From Octopus vulgaris (lineage: Eukaryota), in assembly GCA_951406725.2 (NCBI GenBank), contig OX597822.1:57536001-57600000 (forward strand): DNA of 64,000 nucleotides, given 5' to 3'. Of this stretch, positions 38,500 to 51,022 are shown in pieces. A program made the translations under genes and the position numbers. Within the stretch, counting starts at the first letter, position 1. Each line of letters opens with the position of its first letter. The notes beneath the pieces were generated by a model that searched no databases, was not told where the DNA came from, and worked only from the letters and a program-made list of their open reading frames with translations.

Positions 38500-39133
38500 G
38501 CGGTTGAGGGAACCTGTGGAAGAGGCAGACCCAGGAAAACCTGGGACGAGGTGGTAAAGCACAACCTTCGAACTTTAGGTCTCACCAAGGAAATGACTAG
38601 AAACCGAGACTTTTGGAAGTATGCTGTGCGTGAGAAAACCCGGCAGGACAAGTGAGACCATAACCCGTGGCCTCTACATGGGATGTAGCCAGTCCACTTA
38701 TGCATACCTTTCCTTCTTGGGACACAAAACTCTACTTGTGAAGACCTGTTGAGGCAAGTGAAAATCCAAAATCAAAATCGAAATTGATCAACATCAATGG
38801 AAATTGCAGCTGTGATACCAGTGCCAGTGGTACGTAAGAGAACCATCCGAACGTGGCCGTTGCCAGCGCCGCCCCGACTGGCCTCGTGCCGGTCGCACAT
38901 ACAAAGCACCATCCTATCGTGGCAGTTTGCCAGCCTCATCTGGCACCTGTGCCGGTGGCATGTAAAAAGCACCCACTACACTCACAGAGTGGTTGGCGTT
39001 AGGAAGGGCATCCAGCCGTAGAAACATTGCCAGATCAGACTGGGCCTGGTGCAGCCTTCTGGCTTCCCAGACCCCAGATGAACCGTCCAACCCATGCTAG
39101 CATGGAAAGTGAACGCTAAACGATGATGATGAT
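38500..39133 (+). mobile_element. RTE-clade LINE 3' end
   Basis: AVEGTCGRGRPRKTWDEVVKHNLRTLGLTKEMTRNRDFWKYAVREKTRQDK*, then 3' UTR and (GAT)n tail. A shorter copy lies at 38041-38232. Confidence 0.85.
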
Positions 39134-39251
39134 ATATATATACATATTTATATATGGAAGGCATGGAAAGCAGATATTAAACAATGATGATGATATATAT
39201 ATATAACACCATGATAGATTGTTAGCTCCTACATGCATTTTTTTCTGTGTA

Positions 39252-39289
39252 TCTTTCTGTCGAAGAGCATAGGCTCGAAACGTAAAAGA
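39252..39289 (+). ncRNA. Minimal hammerhead-like motif with variant core
   Basis: UCUUU-CUGUCGAA-GAGC-auag-GCUC-GAAA-CG-UA-AAAGA. Helices I and II and the ACGU palindromic helix III are present, but the first core box departs from CUGANGA. Confidence 0.45.
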
Positions 39290-39628
39290 CTTGTTCTATT
39301 TCTATTCCTGAGCGCCATAATAATACATTTGTTTGTTTGTACTCCACCTGCCTTTGTCTTTTGTTTATTTTCGTAAAACTTCCCGTTATATATATATAAA
39401 ATATTTTAAATGACTGTCCTTAAGTAGTTTGCCTCCCAACCACATGGTTTTGGGTTCAGTAGTACTATGTGGTACCTTGGGCAAATGTCCTCTAGTATAG
39501 CCTTGGGTTGACCTAAACATTATAAATAGTTTCAGGAGACAAAATTGAAAGAAATCCCCTGTATGTATATGCATTAGTGAGCATATGCGTGTCTCCTTTC
39601 TATATTGCATGATAGTTGTAAATGAATG

Positions 39629-39990
39629 TCACCCCCATGCTCTTTCAAAAATTTGCACCATAACACCCTCAAGAGTTTCAGACCCAACTTCTCTGATTTC
39701 TCTATAGATGTTCTCCTTCGGTTGCACCAGGGTTTCTGTTTTGTTGATGTAAACCCTCTCTTTCAGGTGTCCCCACAAGAAAAAATCTGGGTTAGTCAAG
39801 TCCGGGACACATGAAGGCCATTCAATGTAGACCTCACACATGGTTCCAGCAAGATGGAGCAACTGCTCATACTGCAAGAGAAATAATGCAGTTGCTATGC
39901 CAGTGCTTTGGAGAGAGAATAGTCTCCCGCTGCGGCAACGTCAACCTGCCTTCACATTCTCCAGACTTGACCAGCCCAGATTTTTTTCTT
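39629..39990. mobile_element. Rearranged DD41D (rosa-like) transposase fragment
   Basis: + strand WFQQDGATAHTARE...SPDLTSPDFFL has 41 aa between the two Asp residues. The - strand reads WPSCVPDLTNPDFFLWGHLKERVY... Confidence 0.75.
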
Positions 39991-40208
39991 TTGATCATAA
40001 GTCTGCTTGTCTAGAAATCATCCAAGGCTAACAACACTAAACATACTAATCAGGAGCTACTTGCAAAGATAATAGTTGCTACCCACACCTACTCTAAACA
40101 AAGGGATGTCACATTTACACTCCTATCCAGTTTAATAGATACAATTATGATGCTTATTGTGTGTGCACACGCATATATATATATGCACACACACATATAT
40201 ATAAACTA

Positions 40209-40570
40209 CTAGCACTATGACCCAGCAATGCTGGGTCATAGTGCTAGTGCATGCATATACAGCTGCGAGCGTGCGCACATACATGCGAGTACTGTCCAAA
40301 TCTCCGACCAATCACATACAGCTAGCTGACATTCTATTGGCGTATCAAGTTTCGGGCATTTTGATTGGGTTTTGGATAGAAAATTCACAAAAAAGTCACT
40401 TCTATTGATTTTTTAATGGCTTTGCGGGGTGAATGGGGGAATGTGAAGATGTGCACGACCACCCTTGGTTTTGAATGACCATAGAAAGTGCGAGCCCTCA
40501 AACTGAAAAATTGTGGATTTGTATAAAGGATACACACACACAGACATTTTGCCGTTTATATATATAGAGA
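40209..40570 (-). mobile_element. Non-autonomous Helitron, 362 bp
   Basis: The minus strand starts A|TCTCTATATAT and ends CTAG|T. Terminal 20-bp perfect hairpin at 40208-40248; no TSD. Confidence 0.8.
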
Positions 40571-40890
40571 TACTATACATTCATACAGCCATGATATATA
40601 TTGAGCCACTATCCACCATTTCACATAATGAAAAGGCTTTGTTTCTGAAAAGTCATGTCATGCCATGCCATAACATGAAAACCTATTTTCCACTGATTTT
40701 AATGTGACATAGATGTCAGTGGAAATACACTGAAATAAGATTTTCTGAAATAATGGTTCTACAATGAAGAGAGTGGGAAGGAGCCTGTGCACCAATGATA
40801 TAATAGACACTGTACAGATAAGCTGTGTATATACATACACGTGTGTGTGTGTGCGTATATACATACACGTGTGTGTGTGTGTGTGTGTAT

Positions 40891-40948
<58 letters not shown>

Positions 40949-41348
40949 CACACATACACATATATAGTACCTGGAAATACAGAGAGAACTATAACATACT
41001 ACATATGTTTAGTTAGTGATGTTTCTGCACTTACAATTTTGCTTGGAAATTTTTGGTGCAGGCAAAGGAGGGAAAATAAACTTTTCCTATTGTCAATCAT
41101 TAGTGAAAGTGCAGAGCAGATATGTTTATCATGCTAAACTAACAAAAGTACAATGATATTAACCCTTTAACAGTCAGGTTACTCTGTCAAATGTTATGCT
41201 TATTTATTCACATTTTGAATTAATCCTGCATTATCTCACATGTGATTATATAGCAATGGAATGACATTGTAGGATAGGTGTGAGAAGCCAGTCCTAGCCA
41301 GTCTGAACATAAAACAAGTAGAATACTTAAGAGATATGGCCAGTTTAA

Positions 41349-42412
41349 CCCTTTCGTTACCAAACCGCCCAAAAAACGTTTTGGTTAATGTGACCAAACC
41401 GCCCAAATTTACCTATTCATATTTAAATGAGAATATCAGAGCAAATCTCTTTAGTACATTCATGAAAACACGTATTATACTTTGTAAACAGTTCAATTAC
41501 AGTTTTGTACAATAATCGAAGTGTAATTTTAATTCCGTGAATTTTGAGAGATTTTTTTCCGAAATTTGTTCCTATTGTGTTTTCAAAATTTGTAATTCTG
41601 ACAAAAAATGGATACGAATTTCATTATATCAAGCAGCGAGTCAGAATTCGAAGGATTTTCTACTGAAGACCTTCATAAATCTAACTCTATGACTGAAAAA
41701 AAAAAGCACATGGTATTTGATAATGAATCTGATGTTTCATTTTCCGAAAGTGAAAACAGTGAATTCGAGAGCTCCGACAGCGATAAAGAAAACGAATTGG
41801 CACCTGAATGGAGTGAAAATTTAAAAACTGTTTCTTTCGGTGATTTTTCTGAAGAAACTGGACCAAGCCACAGACTTTCCCAGAGGAGTAAAGCCTTAGA
41901 CTATTTCTTTTTACTTTTTTGAATGAGCCTATTTGAAATCATTACGGCGAAAACAAACCATTACGCTAAACGTAAACAAAGCGAAAGAAACGATAGTTTG
42001 TGGTTTCCCATAACCTTAAATGAAATTAAGACTATTTTGCCGTAAATATTATTATGGGTATCAGAAAGTTACCCAGAATAACAAATTCTATCGTAAAATT
42101 TTGTTGTATACCCAATTGAATATTAGCTAATAACCCATTTTCTATAGCGATGTTTGAACAAAATTTTAATTTTATATTTTGTTGAATTTACCTGTATCTA
42201 CCTGCAATTAGAGTCACTTTGTGACAAAAATTATAGTATAGAATTTGGTTGAGAATATTTCATTAAATTATCTTCCAAAAATCAGATTAATATATTGATA
42301 AATAAAAAAGTTATAGTTGTTTAATGAAACCAGACTAAATTTATGATTACGTTAGAAATTAATTGAAACACATAAGGGGTGTATTTTGGTCAGAAATATA
42401 GTAACGAAAGGG
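41349..42412 (+). mobile_element. Internally deleted piggyBac element, 1064 bp
   Basis: TTAA TSDs at 41345-41348 and 42413-42416; perfect 12-bp TIR CCCTTTCGTTAC. ORF 41608-41922 and its continuation match a piggyBac transposase N-terminus (acidic tract, F.EETGP, LDYFFLLF, TNHYA, W.PITLNEIK, IIMGI.KLP). Confidence 0.88.
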
Positions 42413-44606
42413 TTAAATGCTAACAGATTAATCCTTTTAGCATTCGGAACCTTGCCAAATGAAATACTTATTTATTCACATTGTTTTCAATTTGTTATGC
42501 ATTATACTGTAGATTTAAGATTTCAATGGAGTATTACTCTTTTATTTGTTTCAGTCATTTGACTGTGGCCATGCTGGAGCACTGCCTTTAGTCAACCAAA
42601 TCGACCCCAGGACTTATTCTTTCGGTCTCTTTTTGCTGAACTGCTAAATTACGGGGACGTAAACTCACCAGCATCAGTTGTCAAGCAATGTTGGGGGGGG
42701 GGGGGACAAAAACAGATACACAAACATACGCACATATATATATATATATACGACAGGCCTCTTTCAGTTTCCGTCTACCAAATCTACTCACAAGGCTTTG
42801 GTCGGCCCAAGGCTATAGTAGTAGACACTTGCCCAAGGTGCCACGCAGTGGGACTGAACCCAGAATCATGTGGTTTGTAAGCAAGCTACTTACCACACAG
42901 CCACTCCTATGCCTATTATTAGTTTATTTTTAGAACATCATTGTAGGTTAGGTCTAAGAGGCTAGATCTGATAGGTTTTAACAGAAGACAGGTAGAATAT
43001 TTGTGCAAGATACAGTTGGTTTAAATGCAAAAGGGTTAAAACAAAATTAGAACACACAACCAGAGAACAAACCAGTATCCCAATAGTATTAACAGAAAAA
43101 AGATTAGTATACAGTATACTAACAAGGGAAGTGCAGTGTTTACAGATTTCTATATTATTGGTTAAGTTGCTGGCACAACTGACAAAGTGTTTAAAAGAAA
43201 AACCTTGCAATACTATTCCAACTCTTTTACATTCTGATTTCAAAACTTGCCAGGTTAATGTAATCAACTAATCCTCTCACTTCAAAATAGAGTGTGCGTA
43301 GATGAGAAACAATTATTATTATTAGCACCTATATTCATTCAATCATCAGGGCACATCTTTCAAGATGGAGGAACCTCTCTCTGCACTCCACTCAGCTTCA
43401 TTTGATTTAGTGCTATTCTGTTTCACGGGTTTGTTTTACTGGCATGCAAAGCTTGTGTTTGAAAGAAGGGGTACCCAGGCTGAATTTGACTCAGTTCACG
43501 GAGAGCAAGAATATAACAAGGCATCTAGACCTAACATTCTTATAATTCAGCCAATCCACTATTCTAATAATTGGTACATTTCTTTAAAAATAAAAAAACC
43601 CTGAAAGCATGAAAGGCTAAGTTGACTCAGTGAGATTTGAGCTCAGATTGCAGAGAATCAGAACAAATACCACAAGGCATTCAAACTGATGCTCTAACAA
43701 CACTGCCAACGCACCACATTAATGAATGTGAACTAGCAACTTAACTGTGAGGGAGGAGAGACAGTGATAACTTATTGGGCTGAGTGACTTACTCTTTTAC
43801 TTGCTTCTGTCATTTGACTGTAGCCATGGTGACCACCTTTAGTCGAGCAAATCGACCCCAGGTCTTATTCTTTGTAAGCCTGGTACTTATTCTATCGGTC
43901 TCTTTTGCCGAATCGCTAAGTTACGGAGACGTAAACACACCAGCATCGGTTGTCAAGCAATGTTGGGGAGAGACAAACACAGACACACACACATACGACG
44001 GCCTTCTTTTCGGTTTCCGTCTATCAAATCCACTCACAAGGCTTTGGTCAGCCCGAAGCTATAGTAGAAGACATTTGCCCAAGCTGCCACGCAGTGGGAC
44101 TGAACCCAGAACCATGTGGTTGGTAAGCAAACTACTTACCACACAGCCACTCCTGCGCCTACTCAAGAAATTTAAAAAATTAAATAAGTATGGTTGTGTG
44201 GTTAAGAAAGCCACTTTGTAACCACATGGTTTAATTTCACTATGTAGCACCTTGGGCAAGTTTCCTATGTTATAGCCCTGAACCAACCAATGCCTTGTGA
44301 ATGGTAGCCAGAAATTGGGCAGAAGCCTGAACTTTTATACCATGAATCCCAGTGTGTATGTTTTTATATACAATGAGCTGTTTAAGATTTGAAAGGCAAA
44401 GCTGGACCAATATATATGTGTGTGTGTATTTGTCCTCTCCTTGACTACTGGTGTTGGTTTGTTTGTGCCCCATAATATAGAAGTTAGGCATAAGAGACTG
44501 ATAGAATAAGTACCATGCTTTAAAATTCACTAAACCCTTCCAGATGGTGCAGCAGCAATGACTGAAACAAGTAAAAGGTATATATAAAAAAAAACCTTGT
44601 ACTTAC

Positions 44607-44783
44607 CTTTATCAAGATTAACAAGTGCTTTCAGCTCTTTGACAACTTCTGGTGTAACTAAAGTAGCATCAAACCCAAGGAATGCTTCTTTCAGAGCTAA
44701 ATTTAAATTGTTGTCTTTATAACTCTGCAAACTTTTTATATAATCAGGAAGGTGTAAAGCACAATACTCAGCCACCTCAGAAC
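44607..44783 (-). CDS. PPM1G: PPM1G exon 3
   Basis: (G)SEVAEYCALHLPDYIKSLQSYKDNNLNLALKEAFLGFDATLVTPEVVKELKALVNLDK. 177 nt, phase 1 to 1, GTAAGT donor. Confidence 0.95.
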
Positions 44784-47352
44784 CTAGATGGAAAATAAAA
44801 TACTATTTTAATACAACTGGCAATATTGAGTAATGATTTCATCTTCTGCATATAAGCATTTAATAAACCGGGCAACCTTTTTTGGGAAAGTGGGTTGCAT
44901 GAGAGATGGCTTATAATCAGGCAAGCTACACTATTAAAAAAAATTCAAGGTAATTTTTCACTGGCATACCATTCAGAAATTCCCAAGGGACATAGTTTGC
45001 CCATGACTAATAAGCTAATATTAACACATGCAAATTATATAATTAAATCTACTCAAACAAAATTGACCAGTAATGTCAATTGTGGAGTAGTGAAGGAACT
45101 TGCATGTAGACACTCAACATGTCAGAAACAGCAGCCAAATCTGCCCATACTGTTTAAACAAAATGACTGTATTATGTTTGTGAATACACTGAACATCAAC
45201 ATTAATACCATTGTATTATTAATGGCACTATATGCAAATGAAACATGGAAGGCAACTGAGAAAAATTAAAACAGATGTTTTCCACCAAAGATGTTCAAGA
45301 AAAATCCTGAGAATTTCATACCATAATCTTAGAAACAATTCATAAGAAGAGTATCAGTACAAAATCCCCAAGACACAATAACAGATTGAAAAAATACAAC
45401 TAGTTTGGTCCCATCTGGTGGCAGCCAGACCATCAGGAAGGTAGAGACAGCATTGAGATGAACAACTACAAGAGGAAAGAAGAGACAGAGAAACTATGGA
45501 GAATATGGTATCATGGTGTTGAATAATTCAGCAATGCCTGAAAGAAGGTAACAAAAGGGAAAACAAGATGGAAGTAATTAAGAACCACCACCCTGAAGAA
45601 CACACAATATACACCATGACAAGGAAGTGGGGTAACTGAATGTACAATATACAACTAATATATACTATATATTGTACACAAACACAACAATGATATATCA
45701 AGAACTCATCAACATCATTTAATGTCCACTTTCTATATTACTGGATATCATTCCTCTTCCTCAGATCAGATTAGTAAGGATAATAAAAGCTATTATATTC
45801 TCCCTCTCACTGACCATTCATATAGCTACCCACCACTTACCCTTGCTTTTACCTACAAACTTGTAGCAGCCTTTTATTTATCCTATGCCATTCCTATCTT
45901 TATACACTTCCATTATTACTCATGACTCCTTCGGTACCTTCTTGGTCCATCCTCTGCAACTGCCCTCTCTTCTGCACATTCAAATGGTCATGTTAGCTCT
46001 GAATGAACCAAGACAATGTAGAGTAGGGAATCCTGAAACAAAGCAACCTGACAAGTATTGATGATACAATAAGATGCGTCCAGTATATTATGTGAAGTGT
46101 TGGATGAATGGAGGGACGATGGAGTCAAGAGAACCCTTAGTTTAGCAGAGACATACCCTTTCTAAAGCAGGTTCCATGAAAGATGTACCTAGTACACTCT
46201 AAAGTGGTTAGTGGATTTATGGAGACATTTTGGGTCCTGAGAGATCTTTTAGTCTTGTCAAAGACATGGCAACCTCTCTGGTGCTGGTGCCACAAAACAT
46301 GCAACCAATACACCCTGCAAAGTGTTAGGAAGACCATCAAACTGTAGAAGCCATGCTAAATAAAAAAGAACAAGAGGCATGGCTGTCCTGGCCATACACA
46401 AGGTGGCCAGTAACACCAAACAAGAACCAATTCCAGACCATGTCAACCCATCTAACTAATACTTGCATGGAAAGTTGTCATTAAATGATAGTGAGATGAT
46501 GACAAGGTGTGATTTCTAGTTGGTTGCACAATGATGTAAAGGTTCCCTTATTAGGGAATCTATTATTAAATGCCTCTCCTCCTTACACAACAAGCCCAGA
46601 AGGCTTCAAGAATTTTGTGCTATTATTTTTGCCCTCTCAGGTTTGGTAATTCCTCAAACTCCTTCAACAGACTACAGAGAAATTCTTATCGAATGCCTCA
46701 CATTCTAATTTTGAATGCAGGAGATTCTCTGACCTGATCAGCAATTTTTTGAAAAGCTGTGTGAATTACAATATTCTTTCAAGGATTACGATGTTACACT
46801 TATAGAAAATTTGCCTAAGGGCATATTATGTATTAGTTGCTTGCAAATGCCATGTTCAATACATCATTACTCTAAAAATTTGAAAACTGGAATTGTTTGC
46901 ACTGCTTCTTCTGTTGGGCTCTTCTATCATTACTAAGGTTTCTACTTACATATGAAAATGTTTCCAGACGCAACCAGTCTTGAATTCTTGTACTATATCT
47001 TTAACAAGAAGAGAAAGGGGTTCTTTATTAAATTTCATAATCTTAGGTAGAAAGTTGTTGTTTAGCCAACTCTGATTTAAGCAGACATGATCATCCAATC
47101 TCACATTACCCAATGTGACCCCCCCCCTTTAAGATTAGTGGGGTGTGATGAGGGAATTTTGGCTGTTATCTTTAACAGGTGAGCGTTCATATAGCGGATC
47201 TCTTGAAGTTGTTATCCTTGGCATGTAGAATGAGGTGAGGAATGGGCTAGAGGTAAGTTCAGAAGGGGAAATGTATTGGGACTGAAGCGAGATGTTCTCA
47301 TATAAAAACACTTTTGCATACTCAACCAAATGATACTATAAAATATTTATAC

Positions 47353-47428
47353 CTCCATGGCCATCATAAACTGCCAACATAGCTGTGCCGGTTTCTTCAT
47401 CAAAATCTGCCAAGCAATTGTGTGCATC
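47353..47428 (-). CDS. PPM1G: PPM1G exon 2
   Basis: DAHNCLADFDEETGTAMLAVYDGHG(G), with the metal-binding DGHGG motif. 76 nt, phase 0 to 1. Confidence 0.96.
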
Positions 47429-50400
47429 CTAAATACAAATAAATCAGGTCATTAATAACAGCTTCAAGTTAATATATCTTAAATTTTCTGGGACATGATA
47501 TCATCATCTTATTGTAATAAGGATAAAACATTTCATTTAATCAATGATCAAGGCAACATAATTTTCATGCCAGTTCAACCTGCTTTGTCTTACCAAACAG
47601 GTTAGCTGAATTGATCTGCAAATTACACATTTATCAACATCATATCACCGACAAGGAGACAGACAGGACAATACTTGCTAATTTTTGTTTTTAATTAGTC
47701 TTCGAAACTGGTTTGACCAAAGAACACATCAGATATTTCTGTAAATATTGGTCACACATGACTGTCAAGTAATGATGCTTTTTTGATTATTTCCAGCTTT
47801 AATTCCACACAATTTGAATGATGGGGGGAAGAGAGGGAGAGTAAGATAAATGATTATACTAGCACTAAGCTATTTACCATCATATTAAATTCAGACAATC
47901 TAAGATGATTAGCATTTTATAGGTGAACTTTCCTTCAAAATTTTAAATCAATAGAGCATCAAATTAAACAAAAGAAAATGAAATGTAAGGAAAGATATGA
48001 ATTGAAATTGTCCACAGCAAAAAACAACAAAGTGATCATATTAACAACTATGTAAATGACTAAAGTTTGCAAAAAGAAACAGAAAATAAAAGGTAAAAAA
48101 CCAGAAGAGGTAATTTAAAAAACAGCCAAAGCATATTATAGTCAAGGAAAATGTCTTCTTTTTTTTATTTTGACACCAAGACATAATGTCAAAACTATTA
48201 TTATTATTTAAAAATTTATTTTTCTCTATTGGCATATATTAAACAGGTTTTGACACTTATACTGCATAATTTCATCTGTGAAGCCCAACATCCCAAGGCC
48301 TGTAATGATCACCATTAAGACACAACATCACCTTTCATCACAATAATTCACAATCCCAGACCACTATAATTAATCCTCCTACAGGCATCAAATGACACTT
48401 TCTTTGTCTAGACACACTTTTAACTTCACATGTAGTTACAAAACTGCCCAATAGATCAATCTCACCTCATTACTTGTGTTTCCTCTGTCACCACTATCTG
48501 CTATTCACCTAATGTTACTACGAGTGAACAGACATAGCTTAAAGTAATGAGGAATCTTTCGTCTTATGAGACAGAAACCAACCTTACACTTGCTATCACA
48601 ATAAATGAGCTTAGAACACCATGAAAAGGTGGCATTAAGAAGGGCATCAAACTGTAGAAACCAGGCAAAAAATAATAAAAGAACTATTAGTTGCCAACAA
48701 TCCTCAAGCCTTTTTTCCCTACCATACCTCCACTTTATTTTTACTATAACCCACTCTCAGCAAAAATTATTTAATTAACAGCAAATAACCTGAGTAGTTC
48801 CTATAATATCTAAAGTACTAGTTGGTTGTATCAACCTGCTGGATATAACATTGCATCTTTTACAACATCTTATGAAGTTACTACCTACTCTCTTTCGCCC
48901 TACTTATTGAAGTCACTTCCACGAAGGAACAGGAAGTTTTCTTTTGCTACTAATTAGTATGCCAGTCTTTACTCTGCTGAGCTTGAGGTATTTGGACTCA
49001 AAACCACTCCTCCATGTTTGGCACTTTTTTCTGCAACTCTTCAAAAGATTCTGTAAAAGTTCATCTAATCATTATTGCCTTGAGAACTATAATGAATAGA
49101 AAGGGTCTGAGAACAGAATACAGGGGAATGCCTATCAGTATACTAAATTCTACATGAATTCTATTATAAACTAAAAATATCTCTCTTCACCCAACTTCCA
49201 TAAATATAACTTGGAAGTTAAATTACCACACCAAATTTTAGTTTAAAAACCTACTTCCTTTGCAATAATAACATGATACTAGTATCGTAGACTGGTCCCG
49301 GTTTACTAGTACCATGGTAATATGGACTCAGATCAGAATTATCTAATCTGAAAGTACTTACAGATCCCATTTAATTGTAACTCATGCGTCACCTAATTGG
49401 TAACTCTGAAAAACAACAATCCAATATCTTATGCCTGTTTAGCTAGTATGCCAGAAAAGGAAGTGTATAACATTTGTGTTACGAGCATATTAGGAAGGAA
49501 TTACAAAATGAATAGTAGATTTATATACAAATTATGTCAACACGAATAGAAAAATAAGAAAACGTAAGTTTGTTTATAATTAAGCACGACCTAGAATTAC
49601 AATTTTGACTATTTTTCGTAGTAAGATGAGCCTTGTATTTGTGCGGGTTTTTTTTTTTTTATGGTTGAATGCACTAACCACTTAACTATGTAGAGCACAT
49701 TGTTCTTGTCCAGCCAGAAACTAAAGCAATCCATTAGAGAGAGCTTACAACTATTGTCCCTTGAAGTTGACTTAACAAAAAGGTCGGCAATATTTCAAAT
49801 TTAACCATATGCGCAGTAAATAGTGGTGGCAAACTGAAATTAACATTCGTTTCTAGTACCATATACAACTTATGTGGTTGACTGGATGAAGTCAAAACCA
49901 TGACGGCACAGAAAAAATGGCTATTTAAGTCATAGAGTTATGCCAAAAGTTGGGTAAGTGAACAAATGAGACTAGTTTCTTAGTACATATCTTGATCAAT
50001 ATTACAAAACCAAGATAAACAGAAAGCTTATCAAACGCACAGCAGTTGTACCTTTAAAATGAATGGTCTTCTGGGAAATCACTTACAGAGTTAAGATTTT
50101 TCGGGATTTTTCTTCAAATTTTATTATCACTTTCATAGCAATGATGCCATTAGAGATTTTAAAAAGTTCATTATATTAAACGTGTAATGGTAAATAAAAG
50201 CTTCATTAATGATTGAGAAGGATACGCAGTTTAAATCGAATTATGAAATCATACTTTAAATGTAAATAAAAATCAAGACCTGGTCAGGAAACGACAATTT
50301 ACGTTATATGTAAACACACATTGCTTATACGTAAATAATCGACCACAACCAACTCAAGTTTCATTATAAACAATCGATAAGGCATTACTGGAATGGGAAA

Positions 50401-50987
50401 TTACTAATCAAACAGATTACTGTGTGAATTACATCACACACCATTAGAGGGGCAATTTGATAATATAATAATAATAATGTGATTTCTAACAGAGAAGAAC
50501 GAGATGGCTATAATCAATTTTTCACCGACTACTTCGAGCTAGTTCCCCGGATCCATACATGGCCACTATTTGGCAATGCCCTATGAAATCAATGAAATTC
50601 GAAAAGGAGGGAAAACCTACACTTCGGACGGAACAATCGATTCTTAGAAATTGACATGTCCAACTGAAATGAATTTCAGATGTTACCTAAATAGGAATAA
50701 CCTTCAATCGAGGAATATCTATACGTGCAACAAGAAGTTCTGGCGCTCGTATACATCGATGTAACTCAAGGGGCTCCATAAATCTTAGCATTTTTATTTC
50801 CAATTAAACAAAACGAATAACTAACAAGGCATGATTAGGATAATGCACAAAATTTTAACTGAATTTTTTTTTTTTAATTTACTGATAAATTAAAATGAAC
50901 ACATTAAGGAAGAAATTCACGAGCGATCCATCGTGATCAATACAAAAATTAGAGGTTATATACTAAATGCAAGAACAATTTTTACAG

Positions 50988-51022
<35 letters not shown>

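Noticed and set aside
41608-41922. Acidic 104-aa ORF as a host gene or extra PPM1G exon
   Set aside because: It is on the wrong strand for PPM1G and lies within piggyBac TIRs; it is a truncated transposase N-terminus.
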